Position numbers and translations under genes: made by a program. A stretch of DNA of 64,000 nucleotides from Auanema rhodensis (lineage: Eukaryota > Animalia > Nematoda): assembly GCA_964057225.1 (NCBI GenBank), contig OZ059895.1, positions 8,122,001-8,186,000 of the forward strand, given 5' to 3'. Positions 26,301 through 44,189 of the stretch are shown piece after piece; the stretch's first letter is position 1, and every line of letters starts with the position of its first letter. The notes beneath the pieces were generated by a model. The model was not told where the DNA came from. It did not search any database and saw nothing but the letters and a program-made list of their open reading frames with translations.

Positions 26301-26775
26301 CCTCTTGATTATCACTCACCCATCTCTATGCTATTCTTTCTCGCTGCCAATTCCAATCTCTCTTGTTTCATTGGTAATTTTCATTCTCAACACCATTACC
26401 ACACATTTTCCATTAAAAGTATATATCTATAAGCTCAAAGGGAAACTTTTAGTTCTGATTGTAGAGTTCATTTTAACTCAAAAAAAAATAGATAACCGAT
26501 CTTTGTTCCTAGAGTAAGTTTTTCAGCTGTTATACTTCTTCAGTTTTGCATAGTATCACTATAGACTCATTAAGACCGCAGAATAATAACGTCTTTATTA
26601 TAGATTCTCTCTTAATATTTGTAACTTTTTGGCATCTATAGTTCTGCTTTTTTTCTTGCTCAATGCTTTGTGCTTTCTCATTATCATTGTTTATCTCATT
26701 AGACATTACAATATATTCTGTTTTTTTGTGAGATTTGAATATAGCTGAATATAATGAAGAACATAATTTGAAGTA

Positions 26776-30997
<4,222 letters not shown>

Positions 30998-31684
30998 AAA
31001 ATGATTAAAATAAATAAACAATAAAGCATTAAGTCCACCAATTATTGGGCGTTGAGCGAATATTAATTTATTATTTTGAGAGATTTCATAGACTTCATAA
31101 AAATTTATAACTTATGTATTAATTTTAATGCATATTTATTTTTTTTTCATATCACCAACCGTTGACCAGTATATTCTCATTAATTTATTGTAGTTTAGAG
31201 TCTTGTTTAGAACTAAGCACCTGTGATCTGTTTAATGACTATCTAGTTTTTTTTTCGATACTATTCAATTTTTCTATGTCTGCCTACCAAATTCAGGTCT
31301 GAAGACAGAGCAGAAAATAGCATTTAGATAACTTATATTCTAGTACATATATTAAAGGCGTTTATTGATGCATTCTTCTCATCCATGTCAATGTGTTAAG
31401 GTAAATCTCTAAAATAAATTCTACGCACACTAATTTTTTGAATTCTCTACAATTACAAAGATACAAATTTGTAGACAAGATCTGAGACGTTATTATCATA
31501 TAATCGAGATACCCGTAAATAGTGGAAATTTAGCAATAGAACACAAGGATTAAAAAAATTGAGATATGAAACGAGACATGTGCTCTACACTACATATAAA
31601 GTAGCAATATGGCCCGTATATCCAAAGGCAGAATCCTAATTGTCATCTGTCATTTGTCCGTAACTACAGTGCTATTTGAGCATC

Positions 31685-33478
31685 TTAACAATATCCACAG
31701 GAATAAGCACAGTTTTCCCGCATGAAAATAGGAACTGTATTGCAGAGTTGCTCACGCTCTGCTACCCAACGCTTACAAGCATGACGCACATCATAACAAG
31801 AACCTTCACTTCCATTACCAAAACGGTATTTTCTGGTTGTTGGAGCAGCTAAAACGGATAATAATTTATATAGTTTTTATGCAGTTTTCAAAACCTGTGG
31901 TTTCATTTTTGTTCTCCATTACGGCACGAGCTACAACTTTAATGCCTTCCCAAGTTTCACGAGCTGTTGGAATAAGTTCTTTCTCGTCTAATATAAAGCC
32001 ATCCCAATCTATTAATTGAAAAGTATTGAATCTAGTAACTCAAATTTTATACTTTTTTCATCTGGTCGTAATTCGAGAAGGTAGACGTATTTCACTTTAG
32101 CTACATACTTTGTCCAATCCTCAGATCCACCGGAAGCGGGATCTAAAAATATAGAAATGAACTTTAATAAAACTATATTTATAAATAATTTTCATAACAT
32201 GATCGAAAAATATAAACTCACAAAGAGTATCTGCTCCACTTCCCACAATGTACTTTGTTCCATAAACATTTTGAAGTGCTTTCGCTGCTTTTTTGCCGAC
32301 ATCATACTAGATAGATAGATTCAGATTAAGGGAGCTTTTGAATATTCTTACTAATTCTTGAATATCTCCTGGATAACTATCTTTTTTATGCCCATAAGGA
32401 TGAATCCAAATCTGTGAATAGGTATGCAAAGTAACGAATCCTTCTATGCGGCCTTCATAACGGCGAGAAAGAATGGCGTCACGAACAGCCCTGCAAAAAA
32501 TATGAAGTTTATATTATTTTAAAAATATATATATGATTTAGTGAGCATACTGTGTTTCTGGTTCACTAAAAGCTCCAGTTCCTTGATATATTTCTGAGCA
32601 TGGATCATCACTAGATCCACTCTCTAAAATTAAAAGTTGATTGTTAGAACTTGATCAACAAAGCAATAGAACCTTTGAAATGGAAGTTAAAGTTTCTGTT
32701 CAGATCAACACCACGGCAACAACGATTACGCCCCCATGAATCTTTACGACACTGCATCTTCGACCGATTTTTTCTCCAAAGTCGTATCTATAGGATAACA
32801 ATAGTATACATTGCTTCTATTCAGTAAAGAATACATGAGGATTACTGGAAGATCGAGTAAATTCATAACCATCCGGATTTACACATGGAACAATAATAAA
32901 AGTGATTTTATTTAGCATTTGATGGATCTCTGTATCTGTGTTATAACGAGATGTTAGCTAAAAATAGAAAAAAGATTATATTTATATGTATGTGAATATA
33001 AATAAGTTACCTGATGAATAAAGTAGAGAGCCGTATGCGGAGCAGCCCATTCTCGGGCGTGTATTCCTCCATCAATCCAAAACAGTTTTTTACCAGCATC
33101 ACGAGTTCCAATCTGAAAAAATTAATCATTAATGAGAACGACTTCCTAAAGATCGAAATACAACCGCATCCAGGTGCGCGATAAAAACAAATGCAACGTT
33201 CACGTCAGATTTCACGTGAAAACGGCGTTTTCAAAAATGATTAAGATACACATAAGTCAGCTAAAGACAACTGGATTGTATTGAAATGATTCAATTTTTC
33301 CAATATATTCGAATATATATATATTGAAATGAACTGTATTCTGAAGACTGAATACAATAATTAGGAAGTGTTATATGAAACAATTGCTTCAATTATGTAT
33401 GTAAACATTATTTTAATAGAAATTATAGAAAACTATAACATATATATCTTTTTTTCAATCTATATGACTATATATATA

Positions 33479-33510
<32 letters not shown>

Positions 33511-34581
33511 ACTTTATTAAACCAACCTCAACACCATCTATCGAACGTCCTTCGTGAGTTGTTCCAATTGAAATAAATTGAACAATATCAGGATATTTCT
33601 TAGCCAAATCTCTCATCCATGCTGTCATCTAAAAAGGAAAACTGGATTTGTTTGTGCCCGTTCAACAGGTCAGTACTTGCTTCTTCCTTTTTTTACCAAT
33701 AATTTAATATACTTATTATAATGTATACATATAATATATATATATTATGTATATAAATAGTATAATTATCAAAAACAACTTGTATTTTAGATACAAAAGA
33801 AAGCCAAAGTTTATTTTCGATTTGTTCTTCCAAACTTAATTTTCTTTTCAATAGTTCTAGCTTAAATCATTTGATATTTTGTTTCTAATGTACTATACGA
33901 ATTAGCACACGAATTTATCGTTTTTTCTCTTTTCTCTTTTTTCGATTTCAGTTTTTTTTAGTTTCACATTTTGAAAAAAATATTTTAAAAGATTAATAAT
34001 CAAAACAATTAGTTACATGTTTGATAAAAAATTAATTTGTTTTACTAAAATAGAAATGTTTACCTGTGGATATGATCCGTAATGATTAAGATCGTATGAA
34101 TTTCCTCCAGACTCATCTTTTAATCTTCTGGGACGTGGCTTCTGCTCTTTTACTCGTATCAATCTAAAATATATAAATAGATTTAGGTCAAAATACAAAA
34201 CTGAATTACTTCTCTACATCAGCGATTGTTTTAATATAAGAGATTTTATCATTTTCCAAATAATTAACAATATCCTTCATTCCAGACTGTGATACCATCA
34301 CATCCCAGAATCCTTTTTCGTCTTTAGAAGATTTCCAGAAATTCAACTAAATTGGATTATTAATCAAATGCATTGATGGGAAAATTTAAACATACATTCA
34401 AATCTGAAGCATTGTTGTAGAGCTGCTGAATACTAAGGAATTGCTTCTGGTTTTCAGGCAGGAGACGAAGCACACTGTAAGAGTCATCAAAGGTGCCTAA
34501 TGATGTAGCAGGATGTTCTTCAGACAGTCGTTGCCAACTGATTGGAATTATAGCTAATATTAAGATAACAGATGAATACAT
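31685..34581 (-). CDS. Secreted M14A zinc carboxypeptidase with prodomain and C-terminal ShK domain (copy 1)
   Basis: Signal peptide; '[11 protein letters not shown]', 'NPDGYE', 'WRKNR', 'DLNRNF', 'TLHTYSQ', '[10 protein letters not shown]', 'ELRP'; 6-Cys tail 'CYD..C..W..C..MRENCAYSCGYC*'. Confidence 0.93.
33469..33510. repeat. (TA)n microsatellite
   Basis: About 20 TA units with one interruption, intronic. Confidence 0.9.
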
Positions 34582-37053
34582 TTCCAGAATTTTTCTCCGT
34601 TCCCGGATTATATGCAACAGTCCAAATTCTCCCAAGATATAATATTAGTATAAGGCGAAGATGATGCCGCCGACAATTTCAACAGTTCCTGAAGAAGACG
34701 CCGCTAGTAGCGAGGAGGACGACGACGTGATTCGTCTGGCGTTGGTAGCTGATCGACGACGTACGAATACACCAGATGCGAAAGGACGGAGAGGAGGAGC
34801 TTCAAATAGTTTCTCTTTCTCTTGCTTTTCTCTAATTTTCTCTTAAGATCTCTTACCATCTATATACTATTGGTTGAAATGCTACGTACTGTTGAAGACG
34901 AAAACCCCTGAGGGGGGTTGAGAGAGAGAGAAGATAATGAATGACGGCAGATTGATGAGAAAATAGATAAGCTTCAAACAGTATTAAGCCAAAAAAGTAG
35001 CTTGTAGCGGGCTAATGAAGGATTCGATGCTTACAAATGGACTGAATCATTAGATGCCTATCTCCCATAGACATGTCATAGTGATACCACGTAAGATCAG
35101 TAACGAAAATATTGAACATCATCTTTGAAAAGCACTTTTCAACCTTCATTTGCTTTTGCAATCGACATCCGGAAAACGTACACAGCCTAAAATGCATGAT
35201 CTTATAGCTATAAACATCATTTTTCGAGTTTTTTTTCAAAAAAAAAATAATGGAGAGATGTATTTGCATTAGTTGACTTTTTGTAATGTGGTTACTGGGT
35301 CCATTTATCCAGATTTTGGACATTGATGACAGCGGCCCACACCGGGGGCATCCACCACATGAAAGTCCTGTTTCGGCTTTTGAGCGGGTTTTCATTCTTT
35401 TTCAGTCAATCAGTCAACATTCCCACGATTCATTCTCTCTTTCACACTAATTTTCTGTCTCATTCAGTTAGAAAAAAAAGAAAAAGTACTTTTTCAGTCA
35501 TATACTAAAGTTAGATAGAGCATAAACTCATTAAAATCTTATTTATTTTCAAATGAAATAGAAAATACCGCAATGGCTGAACTCTGATAATGAGACCTGA
35601 TTTCTCTCGTATTTCTCGATTAAGGTGCATAAGCCATGCTATTCTTATCATAAAGCTGTATTCTCGTTTTAAATTTCCTTAACAGCAGGCGGTAAGCTTT
35701 ATGCCAACCTGTTCTATTTATGTTAAACATTTCGACTATAAGCATTTCCTCTCCCGCATCAAATGGAACATGAGTCTTGATCATTTTCTTGTAGATCGAG
35801 CATGATTATCTTCATAATGATCAATCTTCAATACATCATACATCGCCGTAGGCAACTTCAAGTTCTTTTGTGCCTGTTATTATCAGCTGTGAAGTAGATG
35901 TTTAAACTTTTTTTTTGAAAATTCTTTATAAGAATATTGTAACATCATGATTTAAGAAGTTTTCGTATTAACAAAGGAAGCTTAATGCAAAGTGAGAAAA
36001 TAATGCTTAATATAGGAATGGAAACGAAGGTTGTTTTGATGCTTTCACTTAAGCATGACGTTTAGACAAATCGTCAAATCATTAGTACTTACTATATATC
36101 TAATGAACAGTGAATATCATGAAGATGATGATGATGACGATATAAGATATGAGAAGAAGAAGTCAATGAATAATGTTGTAATCGACAACTTTCCGAGCCT
36201 TTTTTCAACTTTAAACGTTGAAGCTAATCGAATAAAATGATAGAACAAGCTGTAATTAGATAAACCACAACTTTAAAGTTTATAGCTCAGGGTTGTGAGT
36301 ATAGATTCTGGTTGTTGTTTTCAATAAGTTGATTCCGATTTAGATCTTTTCTTAATGGATTATTGATGACTTTCAGGTAGAACTATGTATATATCTTATG
36401 ATACATACATGTTTGTATATTCATACATGTATAATATCTAAAAATACTTAAATTTTCAAATTATTTTTCAAAATGATTATCAGAAAAATTTTTTTTTATT
36501 GTTTCTTCACTTGTTGATTTTCAGGAACACCTGAATGAAAAGGTGTGAAAACGAGATAAGTTTATCTGATAACCGTTTATCTGATTGAAAAGAAAAAACA
36601 TTCAATCATCAAAGGAAGTATTTATGAGAAGGAATTCAGTTTTTATTTCAAAGAAATTTTTCTTTCATTTTTAGATTTGTGATAGATGTTTGAAAATGTA
36701 TTTCCCTCTTTCTCTCTCCTTCCCGAAGAAGAAGAAGAAGAAGAAGAATATGATGATGTAAAAATAAAAAAAAAAAAGATTTTATTTTCTTCAAATGTTT
36801 CATTGTACCCGAGATATATGAAATCAACGGATTAATATAAAACAATCTTGTGTCAAATATCAAAAAATAAGTAAAGAAAACTCAAAAAAAAAAAAGACTA
36901 GAAGAAGGCAGTTAATATGATGATGATGATGATTTTGTTGTTTGATAATAATAATAAAATTATAATAATAGTAATAGTAATGACGATCATTTCAAAACAT
37001 TACATTATGCTATGTGAATATATAAAATTACATAATTAATGATAATTCTTCAC

Positions 37054-37055
<2 letters not shown>

Positions 37056-37113
<58 letters not shown>
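37056..37113. repeat. (GA)n microsatellite, about 29 units
   Basis: Perfect AG run about 140 bp downstream of the carboxypeptidase copy 2 stop codon. Confidence 0.95.
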
Positions 37114-37116
<3 letters not shown>

Positions 37117-37253
37117 CAATTTAATCAATTTCGATTTAGAATATATAACGAAATACGGAATATTGTTTTCATTGAAACCACGTACTATTTTCGATATATA
37201 AAGGAGGATAGGTAAATAAAAAATTCATGGATGTGGCTGGAACATTTCTGTGT

Positions 37254-40160
37254 TTAACCACAAACTCCACAGGAACGCGGGCAACGATTCTTCATATCTG
37301 GCCAACTGTCACAAGCGCCACCTTGAGCCCAGCTTGAGCATAAACTGTCCTTATCTACGCATTGTTGCTGATGTGCTTGTTGTTGTTGGTGTTGCTGAGG
37401 TCGCTTAGCTGGTGCTCTGGAGAGGAAAGCACGATGAGAGATCGTTTGAGCAGCAATCACTTTAACAGCTTCCCAAGTTTCACGAGCAGTTGGCATAATC
37501 TACAATAATGTTACATATACAATTTCGATTTTCTCTTAATAAACCTGGTTTTCCGGAAGAAGGAATCCGTCCCAGACCTGTTCTTCTGGTCTAAGTTCGA
37601 AAAGGAAGGAATATTTGGCATGTCCTTTACCCTTGGCCCAATCTTCAGAACCTCCGGAAGCAGGATCTAAGCAAAACAATTTTCATTTTTGTTATTAAAT
37701 ATTAAACTTACAAAGTGTATCAGCTCCAGTTCCAACCTTGTAGTTAGTTCCATATAATCGTCGAAGAGCCTGAGAAGCAGATAAAGCAGTTGATCTCTGG
37801 AAATAAAATTGAATATAAACCCAAAGATTGATAATAGTATACCAAATCATTTAAATCGTTTGAGTATGTTCGAACTTGATGACCAAATGGATACATCAGA
37901 ATCTGAGAATATGAATGGAATGTTAAGAATGTAGTGACTGGATGACGTTGAACAAAATCACGAACTGCTGCCGTCTCGGGCTCAGAGAAAGCATAAGCTC
38001 CCTTAAACAAGAAGAAGAATTATATTTAAAATCTATATGTATTAATTTACCTGATAAATTTCAGAACATGGATCAGTTGATGAACCAACTTGTCCGAAGA
38101 ACCAATCAAAATTACGATTTAGATCAACACCTTGACAGCATGATGTTTGTGGTCTTGAGAATAGTCCTAAAACTCTATTTTACTTTTAGACATTCTGTTT
38201 TCGTTTAACCTGTGTTTTGGGTTGTGCACTTAGCGGGAGAGCGATTCTTACGCCACAAACGGATTTCAGGATCAGAGCTACTACGAGAATATTCATAACC
38301 ATCAGGATTCAAGAGTGGAACGATATTCCTGAATTTTTTATTTTATACGAAAACAGCAAAAGGTTATGCTATACCATTCGATTTGATCAACAAATTGACG
38401 AATTTGAGGATCATTGTCGTACTGTGTTACTAACTGAAATCCATTAATATGAGTAAGATTTTAAAATTCTTTGATATACCTGATGAATAAAGTAGAGGAC
38501 AGTGGCTGGAGATACCCATTCTCGAGCATGGATACCACCGTCAACCCAGATTACCTTCTTTTCTCCAGCAATACGTTTGTTTGTAATCTAAAAACATTTC
38601 TTGATGAAGGCTAGGTTCTAGACAAATGTATTTTTCATTCAATTTTCGAACATCAATGCTATTGTTGTTCCGCTTGGCAGACAAACTGTGAAGTACTTAT
38701 TCCGTGCAAAATCGTTTTACGATCGTGCATTACGTGAAGGCTGGTAGGGGGTGGTCAGCAGAATTTGATGATCATTGAAGTTTATTGACCTATGTGGTTG
38801 CTCAGACTATATGTATGTATGAGTGAGGAAAAGCTACGTCATGACGTCAGTCCCCTGTCTCAAAAGGTCAGCAAGTTGAATGAAGAAGATAGGGGAGCTA
38901 GGTAAGCTGAGATTGCAATCGTCAATAAACCCTCAAAGAGCATTTTGAGAGAAATGAAGAGGAATGGAGAATCAGACAGGAAGCGGGATCAACTTAAAAC
39001 GGAAGTGCCAATTTGAATCATATTGGCAAATATTTTAAAATAAAAGAAAAAAACAAAAAGATTCTCCGGCTACGAGAATGGTCAGTTCAATAGAGCAGAC
39101 AGTTACGACAGAGAGAAGTAAGAGTTTAAGAAGTTAAACAAACATTTTGGTGAAAAAAAAGGATAAAAGAAAACGAAAAGGAAAAACGTAAAAGAAAGCA
39201 TTACATAATTAGTTTTTAGCAGAAAAAATCAATGTTGAATTCACATTAAATGCTCAAAAAGGTTCAAAGAAATTGGCATTGACATGACATTAGTTAAGAA
39301 GTATGTGAATGTTGCTTTCTAATTTATAGAAAGCAGGGTGCGGTTTCATTTTCATTACAAGAAACTTATAAAATTGAGTTTTCTGTTTGAGATAGATGTT
39401 TTCAATTAAAAGATTTACCTTAATTAATGGAATTTGGCGTCCTTCATGAGTTGTACCAATTGGTTGAACTGAAACTCGTTCAGGATATGTAATAGCTAAA
39501 GCATTCATATAATTGATAACATCAGCAAAAGAATGATATTGAGCCAAATTGAATTGAACCTACAATTAAAATATTTATTTTAATTATAAATAAAGAATAA
39601 TGTACTTACTCTGCCTTCTCTCCAATCTCTTAAACGAAATTGATTTTTAATTTCATTATGTTTTTTTTCTTGTTTTTCAATTACTCTATAAGAAATATAT
39701 TATGAAGAAGAATTTTTTGTTTGTTTAAATAATATAAAATTAAAATATTTTTAATAATTACATACTCTTTAACATTCTCAATCATTATTGAATGACTAAT
39801 ATTTTGATTATTGATTTCATTTAAAAAGTTTTGTCCAACATCATCATCAATCATAACATGTACTTCTTTGCCTAATTCAGTTGGAGCTTTCCAAAAATCA
39901 ATCTTAATAATTTAAATTTGAAAAATTTTAATTCGTGAATGAGGTATACCGTTGTGTCTTTCATTCGAACATTTTGTAAAAATACAATTTCATCTTGTGT
40001 TTGAGGTTGTAAACGATATACCGAATATTTTCTGTAAATATTAAAAGATTAAAATATAAATTTAATCAATTAAAATGAATATAATTTATTTGAATAAAAC
40101 TTACTTTGCTTCTGTATGAGCCAATAAGCTGATGACTACAATAGATACTAGGATACGCAT
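37254..40160 (-). CDS. Secreted M14A zinc carboxypeptidase with prodomain and C-terminal ShK domain (copy 2)
   Basis: Signal '[18 protein letters not shown]'; 'IDFWKAP', '[11 protein letters not shown]', 'WRKNR', 'DLNRNF', 'TFHSYSQ', '[10 protein letters not shown]', 'FELRP'; Gln-rich linker; ShK '[25 protein letters not shown]'. Confidence 0.94.
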
Positions 40161-41412
40161 CTTTTTAAAATAAAAATCAGGAAAAGGTGAAAGAAAAGAT
40201 TTTCTAAGGTTGAATGAATGTGTCTAAGAGATCGATTTGACACCTAGATTTTTAGCGTTTTTAAAAACAATTAATTTAAGATATTCCAGAAAGAGATGCC
40301 TTCAACTAGTTATTCAGATTGCTTGCGTTCAATTGCCTGAAAAAAAATAATATTTAGTTTAACTCATGGTTTATGTTTCTATCAATCTAGAACGGAAAAC
40401 GAATAAAAAGGCTGCAACAACATAAAAATTAACTGCTAAAGGAGTGTTGAGTTGAATCACATACTGGATACTCTATCCTTCTACATATCTATCGTTTGGC
40501 CAATACGATGGCTTGTGACCATGAGAGGTAGCAGTAGCACTGATCCAACCCGGACCGGTTCAGATTCATCCGTTGAGACTGATGGTTAGTATGAAGGGGG
40601 GGGGGGGATGGGAACTGTGGATACGAGTTTACCCATTCATGTCTACAAGCTACATGTGGTCTTAGCATGAAAAATATAAAAAAAATAGAGAAGCAACAAT
40701 TTCTTGTTTGTTTAGAAGCCGATTATATATCCAGATAACAATATTCGCATTTTTCAAAGATACCAAATCTACCTTTTATAATACACAACGATTAAAATTC
40801 AGTTTTATACAAGGAAAACTATGTCTTTTTCAATTTTTTTATAGAAAACAATTTTATTGGGAGTTGAACACATGATCAGAGGAGCTTTACGTGAAGAAAG
40901 TTGAAAACGGATACGTTTTTATGAAAAATAAATAATATTGAATGAAAAGATAGAGAAAGATAAGATATAAGTACTTAAGTGTTAATCATTAAAACCATTT
41001 AGAGGATAAACAAGCTAACAACAATAGTTTTATACTATAATGCTTTTGAATTGAATATTGATTATAAAATTTCAAAATAAAATATTTTAGAATTTTTGGT
41101 TATCGTTCTAAGCTAAAATTAACTTTTTAAATTAACAAAACAATAGGATGACCAATCGAAGAGCTTAAACTAAAACTTCATTTTTATAAAATAAGTTGTG
41201 TCAGAAACTGTATAATTGATGTATTGAACTGTGAAAATATTAATGAGAATTCAAAAGTGACTTTCTGAATGATCAATCAGAATACTAACTGATCTATATC
41301 ACAGGTATCACATTAAACATCAATACTTTTCGATCCATTTATTTGGGTTTTCATCATTCACCCACATCTAATGATTAAAATCAGAAGAGGCAATGAAACG
41401 ATATGTATTGAA

Positions 41413-41454
41413 CGTCATCATCATCATCATCATCATCATCGTCGTCGTCGTCGT
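41413..41454. repeat. Compound (CAT)n(CGT)n trinucleotide microsatellite
   Basis: About 8 CAT units followed by about 5 CGT units, intergenic. Confidence 0.85.
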
Positions 41455-44189
41455 TCTCATTGACTTAGAACCGATTGAATACAATTGAGGGATTAAGGCC
41501 AGATTCACATAAAATATTTTATATTAAAGATGATGAGAAGAAGAAATATGAGTATCGGAAATAATGTAAGAAACATTTGAAGGAAATACAGTAATGCAAA
41601 TGAATAGTTGAGAATTTTTAAGCAGAAAAAGAACTTATAAAAGTAATCCACAAATCCTGTGCTTTCATTCGTTCTATGAATTTGATTCAAGCTGCTTAAT
41701 CTGTACAATCATCGTAAGATTCTGGCTTTTTCCTGTCTGCTATACAGGTGGGGATGTGTGTCTAAAACAGCTTCTCTTTCTCTCCCTTTTACGGCAATTA
41801 CAATTTTTTCTGTTCTTAATGAAAGAGAAAAAAGTTTTTGGTTAAGAACATAATAACAGTCATGAATGGTGAATATAACGAAGGACAACATGATACTAAT
41901 CTGACTGAATAAAAGAAGAACGAAGCTAATAGTTGAAGGATTCAGAAGCGAATGAAGCACGTCAAGCATAGGTTGAAGATGAATCTGTAGGACTGTCACC
42001 TGTATGTGTATATATGAGGAAGATGAGATAGAGAAGAGAGTGATTGAGGAATGAGGGAACAAGGCGAGGAAGAGGTCGAACACGAAACGGTGAAGAAAGA
42101 GGAAGACAAGTAGCTGGTATAGTTCAAAAGATTGACAGAGGAAGAGTGAGATTGAGGGAAAAGAAGAGAAGATTGACGACGAGCTGAAATTAAAAGAGAG
42201 AGAAGAATAACGAGAAGGACAGAGAGAAGATAAGCATAAGAGGAAGACATATCGTAACGGAAATACGAGAAGACAATGAAGTTTAACTGCCCTGAGGGAT
42301 GATGTGAAGAAAGGGAAAATGTATTATGAAGTCACGCCCACATCTATTTAAGAAAAGAAATAGAAAGGTAAATGGAAAAGAAAGAGAGAAGAGATAGAAA
42401 GAGAAAGAGATGGGAAAAGAGAAATAGAGAATGGACAGGTTGAACGATTGGTGAAGGTGAAGAGATGATTGCTAATCTAATTATCTTTAAAAAAATATTA
42501 TTTGTAGACATTAAAGAAATTGCCATTGAGTATAAGTGTGAATTTACTATAATTGGAAGAAAATACAAAAAATAAAAATAAAAAATGACGAAAAACGAAA
42601 AAATGTTTAGAAGTGTGAAGTATCACTTGAAATTTCGTTGGACATGACTGTATTATTATCGTCACGGTTCCTTCTTCTTCTCTTATGGACTGCCTGTATA
42701 ATGGCAATTTCTTGGAGTTCAAATGCTATACAAGGTCATGTATATACGGAGTTCTTTAGAATCTTTTTGTCCAAAGACCGAAACTGATTGCTATCTAATT
42801 GAGATTCATGCTCTATAATATTTAAAGTAAGTAAGTTATAAATTTGCATCTTAAAAGATTGGGTTCAATTTAAAACTATTATAGTCTTTATTATGATACA
42901 TATTATCAAAAAAAGTTGTACTCTTGATATCAAATATCAACCTTTTCTTCATTAGCTCGTCCACAGAACCCTTAATCATGGCCTGTTATTGAGTATTGAG
43001 ATATCGTGCTCCTTTGTTAATTTTTAGCTCATATTATAATCTTAACGATGTAAACGTACTATGTGTTAGCCTATATGATTATAATAATGTTTTAATTAAG
43101 TTCATATAACTTTTTAATTTAATTATATATTTTTACTTTTTGTAATTATTAAATAAAGAAATGTTAATTTTATATTGTACAATTTTCAAAATTGATGAAT
43201 TAAAACTAATTATTTTTCTTTCGTTAATTTTGTTTGTTACAGTTAGTACCTCAATCAGCGAGCGGGTCGACTGATTCATAAATTATCTAATAATTGCCGA
43301 GTCTATCTGCTATCAATCGCTTTTTTCTTCAATGAAATGCCCAGAACAATAGTTTTTTGTTGCCTTAACTCTCAGGGCAGCAGTTTCCCCTACTTCTACG
43401 ACAGCACTGTTGTAATTCACTCCGTGGCCTGTAATTCTTCTATCTCTCTCTCTCGCACTCCACCTTGTGTGATCAGTAATAGATTCTCGATCAATAGGTC
43501 TTATAACGATTTTCCTGACATTCATTCATTTATACCTTCGTTTGATATGTCTATGGCAACTACTCATCACTGTAATCACTATATTTAAGCAATAATTTTC
43601 ATGGTAAGGGTACTGTGATTGGTACACGTATCAAAGACTTGTTTTTCATCAATGCTGACCTTGTTATTCTATGCGATAAGGACAAATCACACTCAATTTA
43701 TTTTTAATTTTAAGAGGATTCTTAATTCATAGAAGTTTTCCTGCTCATATGGATTCTGATCTACCTTCGTAATATAAACTATTTTTTTCTCTATCTCTCA
43801 CTCTTTTGTTATATATTACCCTAATAAAAGTCATAATTGTTTGTGACTCATCGAAAGATTCTATCTCGAATCCAACGTGATGTTTAAAATTTGACTTTAC
43901 AAACCGAAATTTCGAATGCAATAAGTGCAGCTTGTAGTCTTGTAAACTATAGTTGCTTAAAAATTTTGAAATTATTGCAAACTCTTCACATGTTTTATAT
44001 TAAATATAAATCACTGATGTTTATCGTTTCATACATACGTCGTAGCTTTCTATTCGGTAACCATCTTATGACTAATCTATTTGTAATTGTACGGGTTATG
44101 AAATCGAGATTTTCCTTCTTGTTAATCACTTCTTCTTTTTGAACACATCATTCATGTCCTATTTACTATTTCTTTAAGAACTCGTGAAA

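Noticed and set aside
25693-26517. Cluster of plus-strand ORFs upstream of pmr-1
   Set aside because: Pyrimidine-rich low-complexity promoter or intron sequence with no spliceable model.
34661-34846. GC-rich 61-aa plus-strand ORF
   Set aside because: Antisense to the upstream region of carboxypeptidase copy 1, with no homology or exon structure.
41505-42722. Minus-strand S/L/F-rich ORFs
   Set aside because: Artefacts of a GA-rich purine tract, probably promoter or outron sequence.
43240-43570. let-7-like (TGAGGTAC, minus) and miR-50-like (TGATATGT) seeds
   Set aside because: Seed mismatch or no precursor-length hairpin.
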